Shown here in pieces: positions 60,844 to 64,000 of a stretch of 64,000 bases of DNA. The notes beneath the pieces are model-generated. The model saw nothing but the letters and a program-made list of their open reading frames with translations. It ran no database searches and was not told the origin of the DNA. Where the stretch lies: the NCBI GenBank assembly GCA_949285455.1, contig CASDXP010000002.1:10188-74187 (forward strand), given 5' to 3'. The DNA is from an uncultured bacterium. GTDB lineage: Bacteria; Bacillota_I; Bacilli_A; RFN20; CAG-826. A program made the translations under genes and the position numbers. Position 1 is the stretch's first letter, and each line of letters begins with the position of its first letter.

Positions 60844-62421
60844 ATGGCAAATAAGAAGAAATTTTATATTACTACCCCAATTTATTATGCGAGTGCAAGA
60901 CCGCATCTAGGTAATGCATATTGTACAGTTCTAGCTGATTTCATCGCTCGTAATAGAAGATTACTTGGTTACGATACTTATTTTTTAACTGGTCTAGACG
61001 AACATGGTCAAAAAATAGAAGCGAAAGCTAAAGAACATAACATGGAACCAAAAGCTTACGTCGATAGCATCGCGAACACGTTTAAGGACTTATGGAAATT
61101 ATTCGATATTAGTTACGATGGTTTCATTCGTACGAGCGAAGATAGACACGTCGAAGTTGTGCAAAAAGTTTTCTCAAGATTACTAAAGCAAGATGATTTA
61201 TATCTTGGAGAATATGAAGGGTGGTACTGCGAGCCTTGTGAATCTTTTTGGACGGATACGCAAGTGGGGGAAAATCACGTTTGCCCAGATTGTGGAAGGC
61301 CTGTAAGAAAAGAAAAAGAACAAACTTATTTCTTTAAGACAAATAAATATTTAGATAATCTTTTAGATTACTATAAAAATAATCCAAGATTTGTCATTCC
61401 TCAAACTAGACTTAACGAAATGGTTAACACTTTTATTAAACCTGGATTGAATGATCTATGCGTTTCAAGAACTTCATTTAAATGGGGTGTACCAGTTTTA
61501 GAAGATAAACGCCACGTCGTCTACGTTTGGCTAGATGCTTTGATGAATTATTTAAGTGCTTTAGGTTACTTAAGCGAAGATGATTCTTTATTCCAAAAAT
61601 ATTGGAATGATAAAGACGCCACTATCGTGCATCTTCTAGGCCACGAAATTACTAGATTCCACGCGATTTATTGGCCGATGTTTTTAAAAGCCTTAGATTT
61701 AAGATTACCAAACACTTTATTCGTCCACGGTCTGCTTATGATGAAAGATGATAAGATGTCTAAATCGAAAGGTAATATCATCGATCCTGTTCCACTTTGT
61801 GAACGTTATAGCGTAGATGCGGTAAGATATTTCTTAGCGAGAGAAATTCATTTTGGCGATGATGGAAGATTTACTCCTGATATTTTCGTCGACCGCATTA
61901 ATGCGGACCTCGTCAATAACTTCGGTAATTTAGTCAATCGTACCGTGACGATGATCGATAAATATTTCGATGGTATCATTCCTTCGATTGAAGATGAAGA
62001 TAAAGACTTATTAAGCGAGATGAAGTTAGATTTCGAACGTTACGTCAAACAAAGCGATAATTTGGAGATGACTGAATCATTAGTCACTGTGGCAGAACTT
62101 GTCAGCGCTGGTAATAAATTTATCGAAGTAAGAAAACCTTGGGAACAAGCTAAAAATGAAGATAAGGAAGAACTAAAAGTTACTTTATCAATGCTTTCGC
62201 GTCTCATCGTTTTAGCCACAACTTTATATTCGCCAATACTCGTCAATTCTTATAAGAAAGTTTATACGATGTTTGAAGTTAATGAAGATGAACATTTAAT
62301 CGAACATTTATTAAATGATAAAAACTTCTTAGCGAACAAGAAAGTGCATAAAAGGGAAGTGCTCTTCCCTCGTCTTGATAGCAAGGTAGAAATACCTTAC
62401 ATTCAATCTTTGATGAAGTGA
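60844..62421 (+). CDS. metG: Methionyl-tRNA synthetase, short form (525 aa)
   Basis: Class I HLGN motif (PIYYASARPHLGNAY), KMSKS, and the zinc knuckles CEPCESFW...CPDCGRP. Confidence 0.95.
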   Translation: MANKKKFYITTPIYYASARPHLGNAYCTVLADFIARNRRLLGYDTYFLTGLDEHGQKIEAKAKEHNMEPKAYVDSIANTFKDLWKLFDISYDGFIRTSEDRHVEVVQKVFSRLLKQDDLYLGEYEGWYCEPCESFWTDTQVGENHVCPDCGRPVRKEKEQTYFFKTNKYLDNLLDYYKNNPRFVIPQTRLNEMVNTFIKPGLNDLCVSRTSFKWGVPVLEDKRHVVYVWLDALMNYLSALGYLSEDDSLFQKYWNDKDATIVHLLGHEITRFHAIYWPMFLKALDLRLPNTLFVHGLLMMKDDKMSKSKGNIIDPVPLCERYSVDAVRYFLAREIHFGDDGRFTPDIFVDRINADLVNNFGNLVNRTVTMIDKYFDGIIPSIEDEDKDLLSEMKLDFERYVKQSDNLEMTESLVTVAELVSAGNKFIEVRKPWEQAKNEDKEELKVTLSMLSRLIVLATTLYSPILVNSYKKVYTMFEVNEDEHLIEHLLNDKNFLANKKVHKREVLFPRLDSKVEIPYIQSLMK

Positions 62422-62425
62422 AGAT

Positions 62426-62455
62426 AAAAGGTCGCTAGTGAGGCGACCTTTTTCT
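62426..62455. terminator. Bidirectional terminator between metG and the convergent gene
   Basis: AAAAGGTCGC-tagtgag-GCGACCTTTT. Confidence 0.7.
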
Positions 62456-63849
62456 TACTTGAGTAAGAATAATTTACCTTTCGTCTCTTTACCGTTCGTC
62501 TTAATTAAACCTTTTTCTAATAAATTATTTAAGTAATTATTTAAACGATATTTACCAATAGACATTAAATCTTTCAAAGAATTTAAACTTAATCCATTTT
62601 TATGTTCTTTTAATAATTGGATGATTTGTTCTTCTAATTCATCTAGAGCGTTTTGGAAGAAAAGTGTCACTTCCACAAATAATAAGACATTATTAAATTC
62701 GTAGATAGGCGACATATATTTTAGTCTTTTTTGATTTTCTAAGACGGTAGGAATGCCTGTTCCAGCTTTATCACCCAATTTAATATTTCGAAAGATGGTA
62801 GCGATGCCTAGATTTCTTGGATAAGAAAACCCTCCTTGAAAAGCTTCTTCTAAAGAGATGATCATATCTCCGCTATTGCGGATGATAAGCCTATTATTAT
62901 CGAGGATAATTTTGATACCAGTTGGCAAGGAAAAATCGCAGTTAAAAATCGCATTTAAAAATAGTTCTATTGCGCTTTCATACACTAATTTATGACCGAC
63001 ATCGACATCGTTATTTAAAGCGTAAGGAGAAGGTAGGCGCATATTTAAATCGCTACTCACTAATTGATAGAAATCGAAGACATTTCCGCTAAAAGTTAAA
63101 TCGTCGCTCACGATACGTTGTTGCCATTTATTATCGAAATCGTTTTTGACGATGTAATCTAAACTGAAATTAGGAAAGATATTTCGTATTTGTAATAAAT
63201 TACTAAAAAGAACGACAGCAGCGTTCGTAGCTATCAATTTATCATCATGTTTTTTTAAAACACCCACAAGTGTAAAAAATGTTTCATCATCATAATTTTT
63301 AAACATGTTGTTTGGATTAGCGATATCAAACATTTCGCGGTAGCGTTTTAAACTAGGAGCGTTCAACTCTTCTAAACCAATACCTAACTTATTAATTTCC
63401 AAATCGAAGCTTGTGATGCTCGCGCGATTTAATAATGAAAGAACGTGATTATGATTCATCAATCGATCATTTTCACCATCGCGCACATACGATAAATACG
63501 GATTAGCGTTAAGATAAATTGGCTTTTCTAAATAAGAAGCCATACGGATGTGAACTTCAATTATTTTTTTATTTTTATATTCTATAAGTCTTACATCATC
63601 GCTATTTAGAATGTTTTTTGAAACTTTATTCGTATTATTTGCCACATCAAAAATTGTTTTCATAATATTAGAGGGATTATTTACTCCAACGATCTTATTT
63701 TCACCGTTTTTAACTTTTTCGATTCCCAAATAAATAGTGCCCCCATTACTGTTTGCAAAACTTGAATAAGTTTCCCAAAAGGTGGAAGGTAGTTTATCTT
63801 TCGCTTCTTTAAGTTCAACAACGTTTGATTCTTTTAATTGTTCATACAT
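62455..63849 (-). CDS. AlbA_2 / Schlafen-like divergent AAA domain protein with a C-terminal winged HTH
   Basis: The N-terminal VVELKEAK...ANSNGGTIYLGIEK matches the AlbA_2 signature. C-terminal wHTH LSLNSLKDLMSIGKYRLNNYLNNLLEKGLIK. Confidence 0.65.
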   Translation of the reverse strand: MYEQLKESNVVELKEAKDKLPSTFWETYSSFANSNGGTIYLGIEKVKNGENKIVGVNNPSNIMKTIFDVANNTNKVSKNILNSDDVRLIEYKNKKIIEVHIRMASYLEKPIYLNANPYLSYVRDGENDRLMNHNHVLSLLNRASITSFDLEINKLGIGLEELNAPSLKRYREMFDIANPNNMFKNYDDETFFTLVGVLKKHDDKLIATNAAVVLFSNLLQIRNIFPNFSLDYIVKNDFDNKWQQRIVSDDLTFSGNVFDFYQLVSSDLNMRLPSPYALNNDVDVGHKLVYESAIELFLNAIFNCDFSLPTGIKIILDNNRLIIRNSGDMIISLEEAFQGGFSYPRNLGIATIFRNIKLGDKAGTGIPTVLENQKRLKYMSPIYEFNNVLLFVEVTLFFQNALDELEEQIIQLLKEHKNGLSLNSLKDLMSIGKYRLNNYLNNLLEKGLIKTNGKETKGKLFLLK

Positions 63850-63876
63850 AAATAATCACCCATCTATAGTTTAGAA

Positions 63877-63956
63877 AATAATCTATCTAATTTCAACATT
63901 ATTCTATCTAATTTTTCCAATAATCTATCTAATTTTATAAATATTCTATCTAATAG
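63877..63956. repeat. Four direct repeats with the core TCTATCTAAT at 20-21 bp periodicity, upstream of the AlbA_2/wHTH gene
   Basis: Cores at 63883-63892, 63903-63912, 63924-63933 and 63945-63954. Confidence 0.75.
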
Positions 63957-64000
63957 ATTCTGAAAGAATATTTGGTTAATTATATAATAATTAAAGATTT

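Overview
This window is the chromosomal replication-origin region of a low-GC Gram-positive or Mollicutes-like bacterium. The genetic code is standard: TGG encodes Trp and TGA is a stop, because the housekeeping genes are full length under code 11.

The first ~32.6 kb is conserved core. Gene order matches the Bacillus oriC neighbourhood: glmU, ispE, rsmA, rnmV, tatD, mnmE, jag, yidC, rnpA and rpmH on the minus strand, then dnaA, dnaN, yaaA, recF, gyrB and gyrA on the plus strand. DnaA-box clusters (TTATCCACA-like) flank dnaA. Downstream are serS, an unannotated SRP RNA, tadA, a lipoprotein, a MacB-like ABC transporter, a P-type ATPase, psuG, a TetR regulator, mscL and tldD/pmbA.

From ~32.7 to ~60.4 kb, between tldD and rpmE-metG, lies an AT-richer accessory island of defence, toxin and mobilome character. 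It holds:
- a split HipA kinase toxin module (HipS-like plus HipT-like) with a divergent XRE regulator;
- two Fic-family proteins;
- a PD-(D/E)xK plus GGCT-like operon;
- a frameshifted GIY-YIG gene;
- a Type II R-M pair (candidate REase plus C5 cytosine methyltransferase);
- a MORC-like GHKL ATPase paired with a ParB/DGQHR-like protein, next to a C-protein-like HTH with a perfect palindromic operator;
- an operon (UDG-like, unknown, membrane protein) whose promoter spacer contains a G10 tract, a candidate phase-variation switch;
- an ADP-ribosylglycohydrolase pseudogene;
- an expansion of COG1373-type AAA+ ATPases with a C-terminal PD-(D/E)xK-like domain (three intact copies and one fragment), each preceded by conserved direct or inverted repeat elements;
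- two genes interrupted at A7 tracts.

The window ends with an AlbA_2/Schlafen-like wHTH protein whose upstream region carries four helically phased TCTATCTAAT repeats. No tRNA, rRNA or CRISPR array was found.
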